Of a stretch of 64,000 nucleotides of DNA, positions 1 through 11,632 are shown piece by piece (position 1 is the first letter of the stretch; every line of letters begins with the position of its first letter). A program made the translations under genes and the position numbers. The stretch is from NCBI GenBank assembly GCA_964016885.1, contig OZ024747.1:73904001-73968000 (forward strand). The letters are read 5' to 3'. The notes beneath the pieces are model-generated. The model did not search any database. It was not told the DNA's origin and saw only the letters and a list, made by a program, of their open reading frames with translations. The DNA is from Eledone cirrhosa. Its lineage: Eukaryota.

Positions 1-636
1 ATAGTAGAGTGAAAGGTGGAGGGATGTTATAGTAGAGTGAAAGGTGGAGAGGATGTTATAGTAGAGTGAAAGGTGGAGGGATGTTATAGTAGAGTGAAAG
101 GTGGAGAGGATGTTATAGTAGAGTGAAAGGTGGAGGGATGTTATAGTAGAGTGAAAGGTGGAGAGGATGTTATAGTAGAGTGAAAGGTGGAGGGATGTTA
201 TAGTAGAGTGAAAGGTGGAGGGATGTTATAGTAGAGTGAAAGGTGGAGAGGATGTTATAGTAGAGTGAAAGGTGGAGGGATGTTATAGTAGAGTGAAAGG
301 TGGAGAGGATGTTATAGTAGAGTGAAAGGTGGAGAGGATGTTATAGTAGAGTGAAAGGTGGAGAGGATGTTATAGTAGAGTGAAAGGTGGAGAGGATGTT
401 ATAGTAGAGTGAAAGGTGGAGAGGATGTTATAGTAGAGTGAAAGGTGGAGAGGATGTTATAGTAGAGTGAAAGGTGGAGGGATGTTATAGTAGAGTGAAA
501 GGTGGAGAGGATGTTATAGTAGAGTGAAAGGTAGAGAGGATGTTATAGTAGAGTGAAAGGTGGAGGGATGTTATAGTAGAGTGAAAGGTGGAGAGGATGT
601 TATAGTAGAGTGAAAGGTGGAGAGGATGTTATAGTA
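1..636. repeat. 28/29-bp minisatellite (ATAGTAGAGTGAAAGGTGGAG[A]GGATGTT), ~22 copies, runs off the window start
   Basis: Direct tandem copies read from the sequence. Two length variants differ by one A. The + strand has no C in the array. Confidence 0.97.
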
Positions 637-922
637 AGCAGAAGTGAGCTTTTCAAGTTGTATAGTTTCCGATAGCGAAGAGGGGAGGCTGCAATTACAG
701 TCACCAACGACAATGTATGATTCGTTCTATTCTATAAAGCTCAGTGTGATATCATTCCTTATTTTGAACAGTACTAGATATCCTTTGTATCGCATGCTAT
801 GTTGAATAATAACATCTTTAATGACCTTTTAATTCTTCATACAAGTGGGAAATGTCGTACTCACACGTATTCACTGAAACACACACACATACACACACAT
901 ATACATACGCATATATATAATG

Positions 923-1016
<94 letters not shown>

Positions 1017-1019
<3 letters not shown>

Positions 1020-1057
1020 CCGCCCATGGACGCATCTTAGCAACCATAAGACATATA

Positions 1058-1104
<47 letters not shown>

Positions 1105-1150
1105 CTTATATATGCGTCCATGGGCGGTATGCCGGTTGAGCACTCGATTT
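1017..1150. repeat. Short inverted pair of element tails around a (TA)n tract
   Basis: ATACCGCCCATGGACGCAT (1017-1035) is the exact reverse complement of 1112-1130. ATAAGACA/TGTCTTAT also pair. (TA)n lies in the middle. Confidence 0.8.
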
Positions 1151-1184
<34 letters not shown>

Positions 1185-1189
<5 letters not shown>

Positions 1190-1379
1190 GGAACGAGTAG
1201 GACCCCGACGGCTGAGCTCAAGCCGTTTCGACGGCTAATTAGTCCAGAATTAGCCGTCGAAACGGCTTGAGCTCAGCCGTCTGTGTCCTACTCGTTCCTA
1301 TTACCCACTCTACTACCCTAAGTATTGAGTACTTTGGTGCGTTATGGTCCACCTGGTTCCTTACCACATTTCCTTCGTT
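1185..1379 (+). mobile_element. Fold-back element family A, copy 1 (putative Penelope-like terminus in (TA)n)
   Basis: Inverted arms 1185-1240/1248-1303 plus an unpaired tail to 1379. (TA)n on both sides. Homologous to 6273-6471 and 34001-34144. Confidence 0.7.
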
Positions 1380-2755
1380 ATATATATATATATATATGTT
1401 GCAATTAGTAAATTCCCAATGGAGAGTCTACTCTCTACTCCGTTTTGGCTAGCCTGCAACATAGGCATACGCAGACAACACAGATCTACACACACACACA
1501 TATATATATATACGTATATATATATATTTATTTATATTTATATTTACATAGAGAGAGAGAATAGGGCAGGTGGATATGTAGATAGGCAGATAGGTAAGAA
1601 GACAATATATACATGAAATTTACCACAATACGATATATATGCAATATGATGTATACATTAAGTCATATCGAATTCTGAGAGGTTATCTTATTTGACAAGA
1701 AATTAATAGCATTAAGGTGTAAAATCAAATATTTATAAAAGTAAGGACCATAAATATCACACATACATCGATAATCGAATTACCCATTAGAACCCATTGT
1801 ATAATATAAACATTAATGTTAAACATGAATGTATGGTTAATGAAATTTTATATTTCAAACAGGACTGAGAGTGGTTAAAATGTTGCTTCATACACATCTG
1901 TTATAGGTTCGGTACCAGCTGCATACCACCATTTACAAGCCTGGTATATAATGCATATGTATACATATACATTATATGTATCTATTAATTTACACATTTC
2001 ACTATGTTTAAAACGATGTCATGAATTCAGTTTGTTGAAAACGTATTTGTATGTCCAGTGTCGTGCAGGATATGATAATGTATAGGAACAGCGTTATACA
2101 TAAGCAGGTGAGACGAATAAAACCAATAACAGCTGAATCATCCCGTGCATGACGAGTCTCTGGCCCTGGGACATAACTTAACTTTTTTTAATCTACAATT
2201 TACTAGAATTTCTACATTAGGAGACATTTAATCTTGCCCCCTCCAAATTAGTCCATTACATTTTTTAGTATTTAATCCCAGTGTTAACGCATTAATGCAA
2301 GGAGCTAATCAATTTTAATTCTTTAAATATATATCTATATTAAGAAGACTCGATTAAAATCGGCCTGATCAATTCTAACGAAAGCAGGGCAGATAACCAA
2401 AATATTTCAATTATGTAAAATCAATTTAAAATATAGCCGTTAGTGGGTCTGAAATTGGCAGTATGGTGACAACTCTAGACATGTTCTGATCCCATTGTTA
2501 TACGTTATCTAGGCCAGGACGAAATTATTGACGTTTCTGTTATGTGGTATACTTTCGTTCAATTTATATAAGGTGTGGCTTAGATAAAATTAGAACCTAA
2601 TTACAATCAGTTGTTGTGTTCTCTACTACAGTCTCTGTTTCATATATACACATTCCACACACACACACGTAACCGGTAATATATTATATGCATTATAAAA
2701 CTTTTTTTAAAAGAGAATTGTCCTTCTCATTTTTTAATAATATTATCTTTTCAAT

Positions 2756-2937
2756 AATTGTTTCTACTTTAGGCACAAGGCCAGCAATTACCCAGTGCAT
2801 TACTGGTACTTTATTTTATCGACCCCGTAAGGATGAAAGGCAAAGTCAACCTCGGCGGGATTTGAACTCAGATCGTAAAGGGACGTAACTACGCTGGAAA
2901 GCATGGCGTCCGACCCTCTACCGATACTGCCAATCCA
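2756..2937 (-). mobile_element. tRNA-derived SINE (family D, Deu/Nin-like core)
   Basis: Reverse complement of the 10563 copy, with A box, B box (GAGTTCAAATCCC) and the core CTTTGCCTTTCATCCTTACGGGGTCGATAAAATAAAGTACCAG. Confidence 0.85.
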
Positions 2938-3201
2938 GACGAATCAAAAAAGAAAAACAGACCCTTAAATATATTTCCCGTGCTATTTCCAATCTTACCT
3001 TTTCTCTATATCCACTGTTTTGTATAGAACCTTACTTCCCTTTTCTAATATATATATATATATATATATGTAGAGGTTATATTTAATTTGTTGGGATTCA
3101 ACAAGCTTAAACATTTTTATAACTGATATAAAGCACTCAACAATGGTGGAGTAAATACACAATATATTAATAAATGGAAACTATATTTATAAAACCATAT
3201 T

Positions 3202-3267
3202 TATTTTATTATATATATTTCAAGGGCAACCAAGGCAAATTATGGTGCCCTTTCATCAGATAAAACA
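3202..3267 (-). ncRNA. Minimal type I hammerhead ribozyme motif (mirror copy)
   Basis: Reverse complement of the 3411-3476 motif in the other arm. Confidence 0.72.
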
Positions 3268-3410
3268 CAGATTTGTTTTATAAATAAGTATTGACATACC
3301 CGGAAAAAGACAACCTCAACGGTTGGAGCTTCCTGGACTATCCAGGAAGCTCCAACCGTTGAGGTTCTCTTTTTCCGGGTATGTCAATACTTATTTATAA
3401 AACAAATCTG

Positions 3411-3476
3411 TGTTTTATCTGATGAAAGGGCACCATAATTTGCCTTGGTTGCCCTTGAAATATATATAATAAAATA
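3411..3476 (+). ncRNA. Minimal type I hammerhead ribozyme motif
   Basis: Stem I TTTTAT/ATAAAA; CTGATGA at 3419-3425; stem II AAGGGCA...TGCCCTT; GAAA at 3457-3460; palindromic stem III TATATA; predicted cleavage after the AUA ending at 3468. Confidence 0.75.
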
Positions 3477-3619
3477 AATATGGTTTTATAAATATAGTTT
3501 CCATCTATTAATATATTGTATATATATGTATATATATATATATATGTATATGTATATGTATGTATGATTATATATATATATACATATATATATATGTATA
3601 TGAATGTGTATATGTATAC

Positions 3620-3652
<33 letters not shown>

Positions 3653-3720
3653 TATGTATATGTTATATGTATATATATATATTCATATATATACACATAT
3701 ATATATATATAAAAATATAT

Positions 3721-3801
<81 letters not shown>

Positions 3802-5675
3802 ATACACGTTTATCAATCTTCCAAAAGCATCACATGAAAACTTCAGTTGTTTCGCATGTTTCACACTACTCTTTAATTTTTAGGGAAACAACAGGTTGCA
3901 GATCTTTAGGAGACCCACGAATTATGAGAAGCATAGTTTTCACTTGAATAGGGTTCTAAGAATGTTGGTGAGAAAGCGAAGTATCAAAGTGTGAAGATCG
4001 TGAGAAAGAAAAGATGAAAAGATGATAACTCAGAGTGGAGATCAGGGGAGGTAATTAGTCGAGTTTTTAGCATATTTTGATATATATGTATAGAATTAGA
4101 AAGAAAGAAAACGTGAAGAATCAGAACGGATAAAAAGAGATAATTAAATATAGTTGTAGGATAATTTGATGTATTCACATATTTGACACTTAATTCACAT
4201 GGGTGTGCATATTGAAACTCAGGGACAAAAGAGAAAATATATTTCTATATAAAAATGTATATATATATATATGTGTGTGTGTGTGCGTGTGTGTGTGTGT
4301 GTATGTAAGTATGTGTGCGTGTATGTAAGAGGCAAACTGAAATAACAAAGCAAACATCACAGTATAAAGAAGGAATATATTATTGGTTATATGCTTGATA
4401 TTGTAAGAAAAGTGCCTTCATTCCTGTCAAGTCGTATGAAATTATCAAAAGATTCTTGATAATTTCAAAGTTCTAAAATCCCATAGAAGTTCTGTCAGGG
4501 AAGAAACAGGAAGGAAGGTCTCGGCAAAATTTAGTTATGTTCTTCTATATCTTGAGTTTAAATTCTACAAGGATTTTACGTGTTCGGTACAATAAGAACC
4601 AATAATATTAACCTATGTAAGGCTGTGGATGTGCTAATTGATAGAGTATCGAATAAAATGTCATTGCAGTATTTGTTCTGGCTGCGAGTCGATATTATTA
4701 GGTCCGTGTCATGTACTAGTGCCGATACAAACAAATTTGTCCTTCCCGACAAATTTGCTGATCTTGTACCTACTTTATCAATCAATATTATTACTGGGTT
4801 GATTGCATCAATTATTAATTTCCCCTACATTTGTTTGCTTTTTGTCTTTGGTATAAGCCTAAATGTTTATAGGAAAGACAATGAATTAGCACGATCATAT
4901 GAGCCTTGAGCAAAACACAAGAGAATATTGTTACAACTATGTATATTCTAGGTTCAAATCCTGCCAAGGTCAACTTGGCTTTGATAATTCAAGCCTTGAT
5001 AAAAATAGTTATCAGTTAAATATTTTCACATATTTAATTAAGAAACCCATTCCTCAAATTTGATTCATTTGTGTTTATGTTAAAAATGAAAACAACTTCT
5101 TTTTTGTTTGCTTACAAATTGGTACGTAGAACAAGTTCAGTAGGTCAATTTTCTATGCTCCTCTCCCATCCTTCTGAATAAGTGTATACACAGAGGGGTA
5201 AATGGATATCAATTAAAACACATTTCAGAAGAACCTGTGAAGTGTAATGAGGAATAGAATAGTAATTTATATAACTTAACATATATTTCGTCATTTTACT
5301 AATTTAATTAACGGCAGAAGGTGGAGTTTCATAATACCGTAAAGGTGTCTAAAAAAGGTCCAGTTTTATTTTTCCGATTCCGTCGAGGTCAGTTTTGGTT
5401 TTTATCTGTTTGGAGATATTAAAAACATGAAAACAGCAGTCATCTACTGTGGCGGATATAATCGATCTCCCCTTCCCCACATATGGTTGGTCATCTGCCT
5501 AAATACAAACCATTCAATTAGTGAGAGGATGGAGGGTCCACGACTGATGTCTACATCCAAATAGGGACGACATACAAATTAGCGGGCATATGATATCAAA
5601 CATCACTGTTCTAACTCAACCTTACCTCGAGTATAAAGAGGGGCACAAACTTCTATCATCTGCCTCCATAAGAAA

Positions 5676-5747
<72 letters not shown>

Positions 5748-5909
5748 AAAAAATAAAATAAATAAGTCAAATGTTTAAAATTTGACTTCGTTTATTACTA
5801 TTTATTTTATTTTATTTTACATTACTCCGGAGTAACCAAACCAACATGCGCACTTCGTCGAGTGCTCCAATCTGCATATTGAGGTGTTGGTATACAACCA
5901 ACATATACT

Positions 5910-5946
<37 letters not shown>

Positions 5947-6233
5947 TGTGTATGTGTGTGTATACACAAATACATATACATATATTTATATGCAAGTATA
6001 TATGTATATATATAGACGTATATATGCATATATATATATATATACATATATCTATATATATGTGTGTATGTATATATTTATAAATATGTGTACATGCACA
6101 CACACGCGCACACACAAACAAACAAACACACACACACACATATATATATATATTATTGGCAACATGACCCTCCCAAAGTATAACAATATATATATATATA
6201 AGATGTGAGCGTGTGTGAGTGCGCGAGAGCGTG

Positions 6234-6272
<39 letters not shown>

Positions 6273-6274
<2 letters not shown>

Positions 6275-6471
6275 CGAAGGAAATGTGGTAAGGAACCAGA
6301 TGGACCATAACGCACCAAAGTACTCAATACTTAGGGTAGTAGAGTGCGTAATAGGAACGAGTAGGACACCGACGGTTGAGCTCAAGCCGTTTCGACGGCT
6401 AATTCTGGACTGTCCAGAATTAGCGGTCGAAACGGCTTGAGCTCAGCCGTCGGGGTCCTACTCGTTCCTAT
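6273..6471 (-). mobile_element. Fold-back element family A, copy 2
   Basis: Tail 6273-6350, arms 6351-6410/6412-6471, tip CTGGAC-T-GTCCAG. Embedded in (TA)n. Confidence 0.7.
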
Positions 6472-7178
6472 ACATATATATCTATCTCTATATATATATA
6501 TATATGTACATCTTTTTCTCTGTGTGCATGGAAGTGTATCTCCATATAAGTATGTATGGATATTTACAAATTATATATATAATAACATACATCCATATAT
6601 GTGATGTTATATTCACCCTAAGGACGAATAATAAGTAGGTAGCCACCTGAGATCCGAACTTAGGTCACCTGGCTCACTTCCTAGGATATTAATATTTTAG
6701 TACCAGCCATTTTATAAACTCGATACGCATGCGTAGTTAGTATGTTGAAAGTTGTCCCAGAATAGTTTACTACTGTGTGCAGGCAGCGGATGTCAGCTGA
6801 GCTAGTAAATAGGACGGTGGTAGCGGTATTAGGAGACGGTGTATTGTAGGAGGAGTCAGCATTGGTAGGAGATGCTGCAGTGAATAATACAAATTGTACA
6901 GGTGAGCTGAGGAATCATGTGCAGGACTGTTGCTGCTGCTACTGCAGCCGCTTCTTTCACAACTGCAGTTGCTGCCGCTACTCTGGTTTGATGATGTTGT
7001 TAGTGGTTGGAGTACTTATGATGGAATTATAAAGGAGTAGATAGTAACATGATCGTGGTGGTGAAGGTGGCGGTGGTGGTGGTATCAGTGATAATGATGG
7101 AGTTGATGGCAGCTACAGCTGGTGGGGGAGGGGAGGAGCAGCGATTCACCAGTAATGGTCTCTCTCTCTCTCTCACAC

Positions 7179-7223
<45 letters not shown>

Positions 7224-8570
7224 GTGTGTGTGCAGAAGTGGTTGTGTCACTCCGCTGGTTTTTGTAGTAGTGATGGTGAGTGCATTTCAATTTTGGTGAC
7301 ACTCGTGTGGGAAGAGGGTGGGATTTATTAGTGTTGTCACTGAAACAAATATCTTCTTTCTCCTCCTCCACCCCCTCCTCTTCTCCATACTCCTCCTTCT
7401 CTGTCTTGCTCCCCCCCCCCTTCATCTAGCTCCTGTTGCACTAGTGACAATGCATGTAAAGATGGGAGACGTTGAAACAATTTGTTGGGGTGGGATGTGG
7501 GGTGTTTGGTATAAGTCTACAGCAGAGTACGTGCTGGAACCTATAAACGATAGCGATAGTAGTGAGTGATGGAGGAAGGGGAGGGGTAGCAAAGCGCTGA
7601 AGGATTTAGAGAGGAAAAAGAGAGAACGAGGGGGAGTAAGAGTGAGAATGAGAAGGAGAGATAAAGAAATATGAAAGGAAAAAGACACTCGGGAGGAAGG
7701 TAGAAAAATAGTTTCTCCATTCTGTCCGCCGGGGCTGTGGGTGGGCCCCATCGGGTACCGTTGTAGTTGTTGTAGAAGAAAAAGAAGACAACAACTGGAA
7801 AGTTGGATTTTCTACTTTACTAATTATATTCCATAAATATAACATCTTTTGTGTATTTCTGGCTCAAATAAAAAAAATATATATATAGAAAGAGTTTTAT
7901 AATAAAGAGAGCAATTATAAGGAACGATTATTGAGGAAAACAGAGTTAGTGAAAGAGCAATACATATAGAGGGAGAGAGAGGGGGAGAGTTATTAGCAAG
8001 AGACCCATGAAAGAGGGAAAAGAAGGAGAAATTTAAATAAAAGAATACATTTCATAGAAGTAATCAAGTGCTGGAGTTGCTATGGTTGTAGAGAGAGACA
8101 TTAAAGAGATAATGAAACACTGGTATAGGTTAATGAAGGAGATTCCATACGACCGCATTTTAACAACATAATTCGCATTAACAAAACACACACATTCATA
8201 CATTCACATACAACATATACCTTCAAACGCATATGCACACATACAAATATCTACATATTTAGACACGCACGTGTTTGCACACGAATACAGAGATCGATAT
8301 ACATGTGTCAATAAAATTATACGTATACATCTACTTAGACAGAGGAATATATACACACAGAGCTCATGCATGCACAGACACACACCTTACCAACAATCTC
8401 AAACACACACACGTAAGACACATATAAACACACACACAAAACAAGCATAAATACACACACACACATTACAAGCATATACATACACATACATATTATTTTT
8501 CATAAGTTATATATTATATTCAAATCTCTCTGTCTGTTTCTCTGCTTTTCTCTCTCTCGATATATAAGAA

Positions 8571-8636
<66 letters not shown>

Positions 8637-8757
8637 GGAGGTGAGTTTTATTGTAGTACAATAAAGCAATGCAAATATCGGATAAGTAGCACTCTACAGT
8701 TTTTAGGACGGGAGTATAAATAATATAAGATCAAAAGATGGTTAATAGAGTTCCAAG

Positions 8758-8828
8758 TATTTTATTATGCGCATTTCAAAATCAAATATCATCATGAGAT
8801 GATATTTGCGTTTTCATCAGATAAAATA
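8758..8828 (-). ncRNA. Minimal type I hammerhead ribozyme motif (mirror copy)
   Basis: Reverse complement of 8955-9025. Confidence 0.7.
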
Positions 8829-8954
8829 GGGATACATGATATGAAGGTTGAAAAACGCTTGTGAATAGTGAAGTTTTAAATCAACATATCAACATATGTT
8901 GATTTAAAACTTCACTATTCACAAGTGTTTTTTAACCTTCATATCATGTATCCC

Positions 8955-9025
8955 TATTTTATCTGATGAAAACGCAAATATCATCTCATGATGATATTTG
9001 ATTTTGAAATGCGCATAATAAAATA
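8955..9025 (+). ncRNA. Minimal type I hammerhead ribozyme motif
   Basis: Stem I TATTTTAT/ATAAAATA; CTGATGA at 8963-8969; stem II AAA..CAAATATCAT/ATGATATTTG..TTT; GAAA at 9006-9009; palindromic stem III TGCGCA; predicted cleavage after the AUA ending at 9017. Confidence 0.75.
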
Positions 9026-9769
9026 CTTGGAACTCTATTAACCATCTTTTGATCTTATATTATTTATACTCCCGTCCTAAAAACTGTAGAGTGCTACTTA
9101 TCCGATATTTGCATTGCTTTATTGTACTACAATAAAACTCACCTCCATCATATATATATATATATATACAAACATAAATGCAGACATCAGACATATATAT
9201 AATATACATATATAATGTACTTCGTGAGTGTGGCGGGATGAATGGGCGTGTGTATTTGTATTAAGTGTACGTGATTCTTGTAAGCTTGTGGATATGTTGA
9301 TATTTATATATTGATATGTGGCCAGGCAGAAGTGTTACATTACCAACATCTGTTTTCATCCAACACATTGTGGAACAGCGGAACAACTTATCAGTTAACT
9401 TCAAGTTTAAGCCATTACTTCTAAACACTGTTTCAGAATTGCACCCAAAAGATAAAGCAAATTGGATTACTCGTGTCCACTATGCTCGAGTCATCCATCT
9501 TTTCACCAGGCGTTCAGAAATCACTACGGCAACCGGCTGGTATATAAAGACTGAATTAATCGCGCATCCGAAAACGTTTAATAAGATTTCACATCATATT
9601 ACTTGCAATGACACTCAGCTTCACACGGGATGTATAGATGCTTCACCTCTTACCAACACCGCATCAAATATATCCGAGGTTCATTTTTATATCTGTAACT
9701 AAATATGGAATGCAGAGGATCTCATATATACCCTGTTAATACAAACTTATATAATATAATACAATATGT

Positions 9770-10019
<250 letters not shown>

Positions 10020-10334
10020 AGGAGAAGTGAGACGAATGGATGGATGAATATTAAATTATAATAGTTATGTGCCGGAAAGAATTATTTCGCAATGGGACGT
10101 AGCTCATCATTGAAAATTACTAACAATTATCAGTATTATAAGATGATCAATTTCCTACGAGAGATGAAGCAGCGACGACTAGAGAAGACAGATTGTAGCC
10201 GGACGGGTTACCAACTCAGAAAATTTCCGCTAGGTCAGATGGTGTAACAGGGCGATGGTTGTAATACAGAATAAGGGTAGACACTTAAAATAATATATAT
10301 TTCCAATCTAATGTTACCTCTCTCTCACTCTATG

Positions 10335-10442
<108 letters not shown>

Positions 10443-10562
10443 CCATATATGTATACACACACAGTCTACATCATACCATATATCGTGTACTTCTCGAGTA
10501 CTACTGATTTGTGGTCATCCCGCTCGCCATACTCAAGACTATCATTATTTATATATATATAA

Positions 10563-10754
10563 GGGCGGTGGATTGGCAGTATCGGTAGAGGGTCTGACGC
10601 TAGCTTTGCAGCAAAGAGTTACGCCCCTTTATGGTTTGAGTTCAAATCCCGCCGAGGTTAACTTTGCCTTTCATCCTTACGGGGTCGATAAAATAAAGTA
10701 CCAGTAATGCACTGGATAATTGCTGGCCTTGTGCCAAAAGTAGAAACAATTATT
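10563..10754 (+). mobile_element. tRNA-derived SINE (family D), near full length
   Basis: A box TGGCAGTATCGG (~10574-10585), B box GAGTTCAAATCCC (10638-10650), Deu/Nin-like core 10654-10704, tail AGTAGAAACAATTATT. At least 7 close copies elsewhere in the window. Confidence 0.88.
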
Positions 10755-10769
10755 TATATATATATAAAC

Positions 10770-10823
<54 letters not shown>

Positions 10824-10909
10824 GGAATAGAATGAAACGAAATTTCATTTCTCACTCTTAGTACGGCACTTACTTAAATGTAAGTATGTATGTATGTATA
10901 CGTCTGTAT

Positions 10910-11512
10910 GTCAGGTCACCAGTTGGTGCTACTGGTAACATGTATCCCAGTACAACCTGTCTCATGGTCGGGTCGTTGGCGACTAAACTGGCAACCCCAC
11001 CAAGCTTTCTTGGTGAGGAGGGTGACTTTCGACATCCTGCAGGACTAAAAACAAAACCTGTCAAAGGGCAAAGGACCTCTTAAGAGTCAATGGCCATCCA
11101 AAATCACCGGGAGAGATAACCCCTTAGCTTTTGTCAAGGCAGAATTGTAGAAGGAAAACTCTGATATAACACCTGCAACCCTGATGGTATCCAATGATGT
11201 TGACTTGTTCTTCTTTTTGGTAAATATCATCTTGGTCAAGAGAGTGTGACTGGCTTTGTGCAGTGCCTTTGCTCACTATAAAATCTTCACGGCACAGGCA
11301 TTGCTTTATATCTTGAGATCTCTCTGCACTTGTCGTCACATGGTACCATGGGCCCAGCACTGTGTCAATAATTGTCACAAGTGTAGTGTTTGTACCAGAG
11401 TTTTCAAGTCGCTGGCTGGACTAAAAAGTCACACTCGTTCAGCGCATCGGTAGGGGTTCTCCTACATGGATATAAAGTAGTGTCCGTACTCGAAAACGAG
11501 TTGGCAGCCACC
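10910..11512 (+). mobile_element. Non-autonomous RTE-clade LINE derivative (5'UTR joined to 3' end) with 12-bp TSD
   Basis: Direct repeat ATACGTCTGTAT at 10898-10909 and 11513-11524. RTE-like 5'UTR motif GAAGGAAAACTCTGATATAACACC. C-terminal CxxC..H..H coding remnant ([23 protein letters not shown]). 3' hairpin CTCG-AAAA-CGAG. Confidence 0.65.
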
Positions 11513-11580
11513 ATACGTCTGTATACATATACGTATGTACGTATATGTATATACGTCTGTATACATATATGTATGTACGT

Positions 11581-11632
<52 letters not shown>

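Larger units (their letters stand above)
3070..3519. mobile_element. Fold-back element family B with hammerhead motifs (Penelope-like inverted terminal repeat)
   Basis: 179-bp arms 3159-3337/3341-3519 (2 mismatches seen), 3-nt loop, unpaired tail 3070-3158, flanked by (TA)n. Confidence 0.8.
8634..9146. mobile_element. Fold-back element family C with hammerhead motifs
   Basis: 253-bp arms 8637-8889/8894-9146 with no indels and about 2 mismatches. 4-nt loop. (TA)n on both sides. Confidence 0.85.

Noticed and set aside
3840-3960. Possible hammerhead remnant on the minus strand (CTAAAGA...GAAAC)
   Set aside because: The core is mutated and no consistent stems can be drawn.
4576-4909. Overlapping 109-aa (+) and 69-aa (-) ORFs
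   Set aside because: No recognisable domain or convincing splice context; length is compatible with chance.
6780-7850. GC-richer stretch with several 70-130 aa ORFs
   Set aside because: Built from degenerate GCT/GGT/GAT/GA repeats with low-complexity translations.
9316-9702. 128-aa ORF, and an exon-like AG...GT interval on the minus strand
   Set aside because: No recognisable family, and all three minus-strand frames contain stops.
10563-10650. tRNA gene
   Set aside because: The A and B boxes belong to a SINE head; there is no complete cloverleaf.
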